Source of the DNA: Balanoglossus misakiensis
Lineage: Eukaryota; Animalia; Hemichordata
Assembly (NCBI GenBank): GCA_040954595.2
Contig: CM082586.2
Location: 11,005,337 to 11,069,336 of the forward strand
Reading direction: 5' to 3'
DNA: 64,000 bases
The translations under genes were made by a program, and so were the position numbers. The notes beneath the pieces are model-generated. The model was given only the letters and a program-made list of their open reading frames with translations, did not search any database and was not told the DNA's origin. This document shows, one piece after another, positions 53,001 through 64,000 of this stretch; position 1 is the first letter of the stretch, and every line of letters starts with the position of its first letter.

Positions 53001-53897
53001 TCTTTCTGGCCTAAAGTATTGTTTTATTTCACTCTAAACAACATTACTTTCCTTCATGCGTCTAATATAATAACAGATCTCTTAGCCAGTTTGATTAAGC
53101 ATAGTTTTGGACTAGCACACGTTCAGCCAAAGTTAAAGTATCTCCCTGTGTATTGATATGGGAGTAATTTTAGCTATATGGTTAAAGTGACAAAGTCTCT
53201 ATGTCGCTGTCCTTTTTCCATTAATTATGTTTGATACAAGACACTGTTTATGTCAATGTACATTTGGATATATAGTGAATAAATGATCAACCACACAAAA
53301 CTTCCATCCCGCTTGTATGATATGAGAGTAAAAACTCGCCCAAAATGAATAAATGGTAAAGAACGATTATTCATTTTGGCGAGTATTTTTACTATCGTGT
53401 CTACAAGTGGGACGGAAGTTGTGTGTGGCTGAACGTTCATTCACTATATATCTACATGTAGAATAACAAACGGTGTCTTGTATCAAATATAATTAATGGA
53501 AAAAAGGGCAGCGAGAGAGAGACTTTGTCCCTTTAAGGAAATGCATCCACATTTATTTTATGCTCCACGTGAAGATTTGAACTTGTGAGTTGTCCATCTA
53601 ATTCATGACATCACGATCATATCACAAGCAATCGAGGCCAGAATTCGAAGGGGAAAAAACAGGTACATTGTATTGAAAGCTGGAATATGTAAATTAGTTC
53701 GTAGACATACATTTCTTCCTATTGTTTCGGTTGCAACACCCGATAAAAGCAAATATAAAGCAAGTCATGCTTACCATTGAGCGGTCTTAAACTCGCCCCG
53801 GACAAGGAAGAGAATCCCGAGTTGAAACGCAGACAGTTTCAGGCAGCATCTGTGAATCAAATAGACATAGAAGTTAGTAACCAGTCATAGAAGCTCT
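50027..53897 (+). repeat. Segmental duplication, copy B (contains two HINE copies ending at 50779 and 51299)
   Basis: Direct-orientation paralogue of 41845-47412. Confidence 0.9.
53186..53532. mobile_element. Palindromic MITE, AGGGAC family (Kolobok-like)
   Basis: TTAA TSD confirmed by the empty site atatggTTAAggaaatgc at about 47059-47076. Confidence 0.92.
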
Positions 53898-54052
53898 GCG
53901 TGGCAGGGCTGCGTGTTAACGGCTATACCATAGCTCCCACTGGTAGCTTATAACAGTCTCAATGGTGCCAAAAATCTCCCCAACAACAAAACCAACCCTG
54001 GTCAGTTTATTCGCTATCGCTTTGCCTTAAAAGTTATACTGTAGTGTGTTAC

Positions 54053-54466
54053 CACAGGGGGCTCCTCCCTCCGCGATTTTATTGTTTGTTTGTTGTTGTT
54101 GATTGGCATAATAAACAAATACATATTTCATTATTAATAAATATGGTTTGTTGACATGTAAGTGTTAGGGTATATTCAACAGTTAGGGTTACTGTTGGCA
54201 TTTTTTTCGATTCACGGCCCCGGGCATCACTAAGCCACAGGGGGTGGGGGGGGGGGGTTTGGGGGGGTGATGCCGGCCATGGATCGAAAAAATGCCAACA
54301 CTAATTCTAACCGTTGAATATACCATAACCTGTCAAATATACCCTAATAACCTAACCCTTACATGTCAACAAACCATATTTATTAATAAAGAAATATGTA
54401 TTTGTTTATTATGCCAATCAACAACAACAAACAAACAATAAAATCGCCTAGGGAGAGCCCCCTGTG
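54053..54466. mobile_element. Foldback MITE with Galileo/P-like ends
   Basis: GTGTTAC | CACAGGGGGCTC...GAGCCCCCTGTG | GTGTTAC; inverted arms of about 175 bp around a G-run spacer. Confidence 0.85.
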
Positions 54467-57051
54467 GTGTTACGGTACCACCTGCTCCACAATAACAAAG
54501 CTGACTCGAGCCAACGAACGACGTACAATTTACTCGCACGGTGTAATATAACGCACAAATTCCATGCGACTGTGAGTTTACTGTTTGGTGCTGTAACGCT
54601 TCCCAAAGTCAGAATTTCGATGTTGGGGGGACCCTCTCGCCCTACCACGACCAGTTTTTGCTAGAAGGAGTGTACATGTACTTGTAAAATAACATTAAAT
54701 GCCATGCTTACCAGAGAAACGACATCATCAAGCATGGAGGCGACCGGGACCTCCATGCTTGATGAACGTCAAAGCTGCAATGATTTTTCAAATGCAATGG
54801 TCAGCGGTACGAGAACGAGGCACCAGCTGTGCGTCAATTATGCAACTTACTTACTACTCAATCAGAATCCTGCTTCAACATGACGTAACACTAATTAGTC
54901 AAAGAATGCAATGCAACGTATGTGTGCGGGTGGAGAATGCGCCTCACGTCAATGCAGACACACCAGACACACACACTGAAATGCAAATTGAGGAATTATG
55001 TCACGGTGTTCTTTGGAAGTGCGAATGAATAAAATATTTCGTTTTCTTCAGTGTTTTTGTACTACAAAAAAAATTGCTAAAAAACGACTAGCAAGCGCTT
55101 ATGCAATGAAATACAAATAAATATAATTATCGCCAATTGGAAATGGAACGTCAATCCGCATTTGTCAAAAAATAACAGAAAAGACAAAGGAGCTGAGACG
55201 TCCTGAAATAAAAGGAATGACCTCTCTGTTCTGACCTGTATGAGGAAGCCCTAATTGTAATACGCAATATGTCGGATCATGCTACCATCCGCCATTCTGA
55301 TTGGACGAGAGATCAATCCATCGATACGAAAGTACTCAATAGAGCACTGCTAAAACTGGCCCCTGAACTAATAGCATGCAACAGGGAAAACTTGACTAAA
55401 TAAAAAAAAATATAGCTGATAAATTTACGGACGGCCGGTTTATTTTTTAACTGCTCTAATGGAACTGTTGTCACTGTCATGCACGATGCATGTCTTGTCA
55501 TTGCGCACTCGTGTTAACATTCATCAGAGCGCCTTTCGATCAATTCGTAACGTTTACATTAGACTCGAGTTCATTTTCGTTATGAAAATGACATTGATAT
55601 ACACAAAGTCGATTACTGATATAAAATAATAGCAATAACCCTAACCATAGATTAGGCTATAGCATTCCGGTAATTTTTTCAATATCACTCAGGAAGGATT
55701 CTATAACATTCTGTTTTGTATCGGGATGTATAATTTAATATCCATACTACAAAACAAATATCAGCGGTAACTCAGAAAATATTGTTGAAAATTTGTTCTC
55801 TGTAGGCCTAACCATGGTAAGATAATGCAATGCCGGTAAGTATTTTGGAAGTCAAGGTTGCATTGTATTGTCTGGTGTTCAAATAATCACAAACATCCCG
55901 GAAGACTAAATTCTTTCTGTCAAAACCACTTCTGCAACGACAAGATTTTTCAGGGCAGGCAAAACCATGGCATGAAGACGATATGAAGTCGATGAGTTAA
56001 TGTTATGTTGAACCCGGCCACTTTACGTATCTTAACTATTCACACATTGACCATTCTATAATTCTCTCCCTTTTGATGTCTTCTTTGTGGTTTGTTTGTA
56101 AAAATGTTGCCTGTGTTGAAACTTGACTACTTGTCACTTTTGCCTACCAAGAATAATATGACCAAAAGGGGTGGCATGAAATTCTAGACTGTAACAAAAC
56201 TCGATTTCATGACCCAAAGTTTGATTTTATGTGTTTTTGGTTTGGACGTGGCAAAGACATGTAAATTCCGACCACCTATACACCATCCATACATGTATGA
56301 ATCGACATCATTTATTGCACGAGAGACTTCAAGCAAGCATTCCATCATCGCAAAAGGACAAAGAGAGAGCGACTTTGTCTCTTTAAAGTAATTTAGCAAG
56401 TTCAAAGTGAATGCCCACATGAAAACCTTTACTCAGCAATTTTTTTTGTAATTAATAAAACTAGGTTTGGTATGTTTTTGCGCTTGTTTTATTTTCCTTT
56501 TGTCTATAAATAGTCGTATATTTTAAAACAGCTAAAATGAGTCAAATGGGGCATTTTTCCATCCCACCTCATCCTAGCTAAGAGCTTCAGTGCCGGTCAC
56601 CTCCACAAAATTAATTTACCACGAACAAATTGAAATACAGCCAATCGGAAAAAGTGCGCCACCACATGGTCATTTGAAGACTTTTATGCTCTCTTCTGGC
56701 CGTAAACGCATGTGATCTGGAATAAATCGAACATCGATCGTGTTTTATTTATTTTCACCACCAGCGAAAATCTACGACGGCCCAACCGCAGATTATTGCT
56801 GCTCCATACAACAACCGGCTTAAACTGTTCTGTGCATGTGTTTTGTGTTCTGGTGGCGTTTGCGGGTCTGAGACGTCATTTGTAGAAGGCCCTATTCGTT
56901 TTCTACCAATAACTTTTACCAACCATGCTAGAACTATTTCGTTTTCTTTGACGACGCTTGACACTTTTCTTGCTTTGTTGTTAGTACATGTAGTTTGTTT
57001 GTTCGTTACGTCTGTTACTGGGGTTCTTCACTTGTAGTCTGGTTACACTAT

Positions 57052-60000
57052 GAGATAGGTGCCGTTAATCAGAATTTTTGGTAAGGAAGGTTTGAGAAGT
57101 CCATTCTATGTAAAAAATGGTGCTCATTCCAAAAAAGTCAGTCTTATTAACCCCACTCAAGACAAAATTGCCATTTTGGCCATTTTTAACCCCAAAATGG
57201 TCTTTTTTAGAAAACACTAAAAACACATTGTTTTCGTCACATTCTGAGATCTGATAACATATGATATGCTTATTCTATGTAAAATTTGGTGAATATTACG
57301 AAAAAAGTAGTTCGATTGACCCAAAACAACAGAAAATTGCCTTTTTGACCAATTTTTGCCCCAAAAACGTCATTTTTAGAAAAAAAATAAAACACACGGT
57401 TTTCTTCATAATGATTGATCTGGTGATATATGGAAAGTCAATTCTATGTTAAAAGTGGTGACTTTAAAAAATAAAGCAGTCTTTTTGACCTCAATCAATA
57501 CAAAAATGCCATTTTTGGCCACTTTTTGTGGTCAAAAAAGGTCATTTTTACAAAAAAACTAAAAATAAATTGTGTTTATCATATTCAGAGATCATTGGAT
57601 ATATGAAATGTCCATTCTATGTAAAAAATGGTGCTGATTCCAGAAATAGCAGTCTTATTGACCCTACTCAAGAAAAAATGCCATTTTTGCCACTTTTTGC
57701 CCCAAAACGTCATTTTCAGAAAACACACAAAATTTATATATTTTCTTCACTTTCGGAGATCTGATAATGTATTATATGCCCACCCTATGTAAAATCTGGT
57801 GATTATTCGAAAAAAGCAGATTTATTGACCCAACCTAATGCAAAAATGCCCTTTTGGAAAGTTTTTGCCCAAAAAGGCCATTTTTAGAAAAAAATTTAAA
57901 AACAAACTTTTCTTCATAAAGCTCAGAGATCATGTGATATATGAAATGTTCATCCTATGTAAAAAATGGTGCTGATTCCAGAAATAGCAGTCTTATTGAT
58001 CCTACTCAAGAAAAAATGCCATTTTGCCACTTTTTGCCCCCAAAACGTCATTTTCAGAAAACACTCAAAATTTATATATTTTCTTCACTTTCGGAGATCT
58101 GATAATGAATTATATGCCCACTGTATGTGAAAAATTTCCAAAAAAGCAGTTTTATTGATGCCACTCAAGATAAAAGTGCCTTTTTGGCAAGTTTTTGCCC
58201 AAAAAGTGTCATTTCTAGAAAATACGAAAATTATGCCATTTTCTTCCCATTGGTGATCAAATGATAAATAAAAGTACTAAAAAACCCACTCTTACTGACC
58301 CCACTGAGGGAAAAAAATATCATTTTGGCCTCTTTGCTCAAAAAGGTAACTGTTAGAAAAAATAAATACAAACTTATTCCTTAATATTCAGAGCCCTTGT
58401 GATGTATGTAAATTCGTTTTTTGTGTGTGTGTGTGTGCAAAAAATATGCTGATACCAGCACAACGGTCTTATTGAGACACCCCGCTCAGTACAAAATTGC
58501 CATTTAGCCATCTTTTGGTCAACAATAGGCATTTTCAGAAAACAAATATAATTGATGTTTTTGCCTTTTGTGTTCTGATGTTGTATATGCATATTTAAAA
58601 CGCCATAACCATATAATGTCAATTAAATTGATGATATTGAAAGACAGGGTTGCCACAATTTGGCAAATTTAGCCCAAAACTGAACTTAACAATAAGATGA
58701 TCCATGTATACGCACTGTCTACTATAAGTCGATTATGCGTGGTGTGGAATATTTAGGTTCAGATATGCCAGCTCGGGAGAGAGTGTTGAAATTTATTCTC
58801 TTCAATCTGAATACAAAATCAGAAATTATATTATAATTTATATCATACTGATTGGACAGGAGTGCAACGATGCTAGAATACTCAATAGAGCACTGCTAAA
58901 ACTGGCCCCTGAACTAGCACGCAGCAGGGAAAATGTGGGTTTAAACTAAATAAACATAAAACCCTTGACGTTTTAATTTGGAACTGCTGTATGGGAATAT
59001 TTGGGCAATGTGCAATGCCTTTCTTTTGTCATCTGTATCATGTTTAGAGCTTGGTCCCGGGCGGCGTGTTTACATTCATTGACGCGAGTTTTGTTCCATT
59101 CGTAACTTCTTTTCCTCTCGACGCTGTTTCATCATCATTATGAGTTCAACTTGGGCTAATTTTGCAAAAACTCCAAATACAAACATTTTTTCGGTACAAA
59201 ATGGCTAAAATGATAATTTTTTCTTGAGTAGATCTATTTTTGGCTACAAATAGCAAAAAAGGCAATTTTGACAACCAGAGTGCCGTTTTTGGAATAGTCA
59301 CCAAATTTTACACAGAATGGACTTTTCATACATGATCAGATCTCTGAATATGGAGAAAACAATTTGTCTTTAGTTTGTTTGTTTTTAATGAACATTTTTG
59401 ACCAAAAAAGTGGCCGAAATTACAAATTTCAATTGAATAGGGTAAGTAAGACTTCCGTTTTTGGAACAGTAACCACGTTTCAATATAGAATGGGCTTTTA
59501 TTTATAATAAGATCACCGAAAGTGAAGAAAAGAGAATGCTTATTAATATATTCTTAAAAATAACAATTTTGTGCAAAACTTAGCCAAAAAGGTGATTTCG
59601 TCATGGTTGAGGTCATTAAGACTGCATTTCTGGAATCAACACCTATTTTACAATAAATGTACTTTTCACACATCATAGAATCTCCAAATAAGAATCAAAC
59701 AGTTTGTTTATAATGATTTTCGAAAAGTGGCTTTTTGGGCAAAAACTTGTCAAAAAAGCACTGTTTTCTTGAGTGGCGCTAGTAATTTTTTTTTGAATTT
59801 TTTCACATAGAGTGGGTACATAATACATCATCATCTCCGAAAGTGAAGAAAATATAAAAGTTTTGGGTGTTTTCTAGAAATGACACTTTTTGGGCAAAAA
59901 CTTGCCAAAGGGCACTTTTATCTTGGGTGGCATCAATAAAACTGCTTTTTTGGAAATTTTTCACATAAAGTGGGCATATAATACATTATCAGATCTCCGA

Positions 60001-61023
60001 AAGTGAAGAAAATATATAAATTTTGAGTGTTTTCTGAAAATGACGTTTTTGGGGCAAAAAGTGGCAAAAATGGCATTTTTTCTTGAGTAGGATCAATAAG
60101 ACTGCTATTTCTGGAATTAGCACCATTTTTTACATAGGTTGAACACTTCATATATCACATGATCTCTGAGCTTTATGAAGAAAAGTTTGTTTTTAATTTT
60201 TTTTTCTAAAAACGGCCTTTTTGGGTAATAACTTTCCAAAAGGGCATTTTTGCATTAGGTTGGGTCAATAAATCTGCTTTTTTGGAATAATCACCAAGTT
60301 TTACATAGGATGGGCATATAAGTGAAGAAAATATATAAATTTTGAGTGTTTTCTAAAAATGACGTTTTGGGGCAAAAAGTGGCAAAAATGGCATTTTTTT
60401 TCTTGAGTAGGGTCAATAAGACTGCTATTTCTGAAATCAGCACCGTTTTTTACATAGAATGGACACTTCATATATCCAATGATCTCTGAATATGAAAAAC
60501 ACAATTTATTTTTAGTTTTTTTGTAAAAATGACCTTTTTTGACCTCAAAAAGTGGCCAAAAATGGCATTTTTGTATTGATTGAGGTCAAAAAGACTGCTT
60601 TTTTTTTTAAAGTCACCACTTTTAACATAGAATTGACTTTCCATATATCACCAGATCAACTATTATGAAGAAAACCGTGTTTTTTAATTTTTTTCTAAAA
60701 ATGACGTTTTTTTGGCAAAAAATGGTCAAAAAGGCAATTTTCTGTTGTATTGGGTCAATCGAACTATTTTTTTCGTAATATTCACCAAATTTTACATAGA
60801 ATAGGCATATCATATGTCATCAGATCTTAGAATGTGACGAAAACAGTGTGTTTTTTGTGTTTTCTAAAAAAACACCATTTTTGGGTTAAAAATGGCCAAA
60901 ATGGCAATTTTGTCTTGAGTGGGGTCAATAAGACTGACATTTTTGGAATCAGCACCATTTTTTACATAGAATGGACCTCTCAAACCTTCCTTACCAAAAA
61001 TTCTGATTAACGGCATCTAGCTC
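57052..61023. mobile_element. Foldback element of about 4 kb, with inverted arms over 1.1 kb built from about 150-bp subrepeats
   Basis: gagataggtgccgttaatcagaatttttggtaaggaaggtttgag... at the left is mirrored by ...ctcaaaccttccttaccaaaaattctgattaacggcatctagctc. The mirrored ORF pairs (57261+/60622-, 57528+/60301-) confirm the symmetry. TSD not resolved. Confidence 0.88.
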
Positions 61024-61032
61024 CTGGACTAG

Positions 61033-61093
61033 GTCCCCTGCCCCATTCCCACTGCCATCGGCGCTACGCTCAAGGGCGCAGCCAGCGGTGGGA
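61033..61093. repeat. GC-rich hairpin ending CAGACTA (possible Academ-type MITE end)
   Basis: ccctgccccattcccac...gtgggaatggggcaggg inverted pair. Confidence 0.55.
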
Positions 61094-61217
61094 ATGGGGC
61101 AGGGAGCAGACTACTTCACTTGTGGAATAAAGTGCTCATTTCTTGTGTATCTGCATTTTGTCGATGTTATCGCTCCTCTGGCAGAGAAGCCAGGGTGCTA
61201 GCTGTTGGCTTTAATAA

Positions 61218-61472
61218 GGGACTGTTCAGAATTTACTTCCAGGGGGCGGAGAATTTTCAGAGGGGGGGGGGGGACCACCCATTTTCTCCAAGACAAATTA
61301 GGGGAGACTAGACATAAAAGTCACAATAGGGGGACCATGGAAAATCCCCAGGAAATTTAAGGGGGGACCACATATTTCCTCCACAATTTACTAGGGGAGA
61401 CCATGGGAAAAAATCACCAGGAAAATAAAAAATCCTCCATCCCCAACTTGGAAGTAAATTCTGAACAGTCCT
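61218..61472. mobile_element. PIF/Harbinger-like MITE
   Basis: taa | ggggactgttcagaatttacttcca...tggaagtaaattctgaacagtcc. Confidence 0.8.
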
Positions 61473-63232
61473 TCATGGTTGTTTGTTTGTTTGTTTGCCT
61501 GTTTGTTTATTCGTATCTTTGTTTGTTTGTGTATTCTATCTCATTTAATATGATGCTTCTGTCACATTTGGCATTTACTGTCGCATAAACAATGACCAAA
61601 CCGACTCGACTGCGTTTGGATGCACGATGGACTTAAGAGTGAATCCATCGGTGTTTACCGGCCAAAACAAAACCGTTTGATTTCTTTAACACTGTTGCAA
61701 CAAGTGAGACCCTAGTACATGTAGTATATAAATCAGAAGTCCGGTGCATGTTTGCCAGTGACACCTACCACAAAATGGTATCGCCCAAATAATGTTGGGC
61801 GCGCCCGTGGAAGTTATAAGCCCGGCGCTTTTTCCTCATGATTAATAAAACAGTTAACACAACATTGGAAATTCAGCCAATTTGTCCCTGTTTTGTAGAA
61901 ATAGTGCGAGCTATACATGGCGAAAAGTTTTTCAAAAAATAGATCAAAATGGGAATTCAAATTAGTGAATATTATTGGCACTTACAGAGTTTTAATTCAA
62001 AATAGAGGATTCATTCCAATGAATATGCAAGTCAAGAAGTCACATAGGGATCATGACAATGACCTATTGATCATGTCATGATGATTATGTACAAGAGAGA
62101 AGTAAAAAACTGGTTATTGCTTGAATTTCATGTTTCTTTTTAATCAGATGTAGTCAACAGTCTTTCAACAAGTCTATAACATGATTTTGAAATGATTTTC
62201 AAAAGTACACAATTCCATACGAAAATGTTACTTTAAGATTTGTAAATTTTTCTGTATATTTGAGTTCACGTGCATAGGCTGACTCAAACATTCTTTGCAT
62301 CAACATTTACCGTCCTTTCAAAAATCTTGCCTGTAGTCCAGGTTTTACATTTGCACTTAATAGCATTATAACACCATCATGTCATCCACATGTTACCCTC
62401 ACAGCCAGTCACTGTGTGTATATTGTGATTCATGAAGTACATGTAGTGCTACATATTTTTTGTGGAGATGAGACACACACACACATAGCAACCGATAGAC
62501 AGACTGCTTGATAATATGCTCTGACTGATCCCTAAAGCTGAAACTTGTATGTGTTTGTACATACAACACAAAGGAACTAAAAATAGGGCATTCACATAGG
62601 GACCATTGAAAGTTTTCTGAAACATCTCAACTCAAACATTGACATAAAAAATACTTTGTGAACAATTAAAGTCTTCCTGGAACGTTTCAGATTTGAGACG
62701 GTTTTGCCAGCCAGACCTGATCCGGTGTAATGATTAACACCTCTTCGCAACCCATTGTCTATGGGGCCGAGCCTCGCAGTGCCTATACATAAACTTTGTG
62801 TGTGTGGACACAAACGACTCAAAGGATTAATGCTCTGTGTTTACCATAGGCAAATAGTGTCTCAAATTTTTCCCTGCCTGAACCTGGTATCTGAAATGTT
62901 TCTCATTTTACCCAGTGTAAACATGGTGAAAGACAAAATGTCCTATACCTGTATAACATAGATCATAAATTTATAATACCAGGGTTTACTTGGTCTGATT
63001 GAAGCTCTGTAATTGGTTGAAGCAAGGGTTTTTATTACATATGTACCGTCGATTACTTGCACCGAGCGCGCGCGTAACATCGGTATTTGCACTCAGTGCA
63101 ATACCAAAAACATTATGCTATACCTGTATGCAAATGAGTGGCCTGTTCACGAAACAAGCAATATCATTCCGCGGTCTCATTTCTTTCATTTTCGGTCTTT
63201 TTTTCAAAATGGGATGAACATATGTAATAAAA

Positions 63233-63425
63233 ACAGAACCCCATGGCTCAATCGTGCAAGCACGGCGTACCGGTAGTATTTGCACTCGTGCTGGCGGTGT
63301 ATTCTTGCTGCCCCCCGCACGAGCGACAGCGAGTGCGGGGGACGGGCACAAGAATACACCGCCAGACACTCGATGCAAATACTACCGTTACGCCGTGCTT
63401 GCACGATCGAGCCATGGGGTTCTGT
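63233..63425. mobile_element. Near-perfect palindromic MITE of about 190 bp
   Basis: acagaaccccatggctcaatcgtgcaagcacggcgta...tacgccgtgcttgcacgatcgagccatggggttctgt. Confidence 0.82.
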
Positions 63426-64000
63426 CATAACATTCTCTACTAGAAGACCTGAACAGTAAATAACTGAAATAAAATACACAAAAGAGAATGCATCTGAATA
63501 GAACACAATTTATTAACTTGGATTGGTCATGGGCATCAGGGCGCTCTACTTAAGAAATTCTAGAACATGTTTGTACAAGTGGCATTTTCATGAGCAGTGA
63601 GCAACGAGGCCTTTCTGGCATGTAATACTTAAAATCCAAACATCAGATTTTTTATCACACAAAATCATATTATATATAATGACATTATAAATGGTGTGCG
63701 CTTATATTTGGTTACGGATTTAAAACCTCTTTGAGGAAAATTTTGCAGAGAGGTCTTGTATCTACAACCAAATAACCACTATGTTCATATCATTCAGATT
63801 GCTCAGTACTATCAGCGAGTTCACCAGTGGTTTCCAGAAATCTATAGGCTAAACATATGCCATTTTCATTGTGCCTCCCCCCATCTATTTCAATACAATA
63901 AATAATGGCTGGCTTGATTTTTCACCAGGACTTTTAAACAATAGTTTTTGTTAAGATATAGACAACATTCCAGATGTGTATGAAAACTCGAGGAAAATAA

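Noticed and set aside
54468-55050. Possible solo LTR (TGTTAC...AATAAA...CA)
   Set aside because: No matching target-site duplication or second copy was found.

Overview
AT-rich, intron- and repeat-rich animal genomic DNA. It looks like a marine invertebrate deuterostome such as an acorn worm, but that is inference only. (1) 1-1162 (-): a long open exon missed by the ORF track. It encodes a herpesvirus-tegument-type deubiquitinase (VTD/peptidase C76-like: QGSFHQG...GRQC...FDSH) and lies downstream of a Helentron/HINE-type left end at about 5121, so it is probably the 5' part of an autonomous Helentron that runs off the window. (2) 6208-14362 (+): eleven exons of an uninflatable/SVEP1-like CUB x3 - sushi x4 - cbEGF x2 gene carrying four lesions (in-frame TGA, lost splice acceptor, 2-bp frameshift, transposon truncation), so probably a pseudogene. 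(3) About 15.2-33.3 kb: a very homogeneous 90-bp satellite with a 74-bp variant, higher-order structure and two identical 831-bp TIR elements (7-bp TSD). The long ORFs over it are artefacts. (4) 33-64 kb: a transposon graveyard. It holds co-oriented HINE copies, an L2/CR1-type LINE tail, Kolobok-like, PIF-like and Tc1/mariner-like MITEs, a CACAGT-ended Transib/RAG-like element, a Galileo-like foldback MITE and a roughly 4-kb foldback element. It also holds a local segmental duplication whose paired mini-exons differ by a 30-bp micro-inversion. All calls are by eye; no searches were run.
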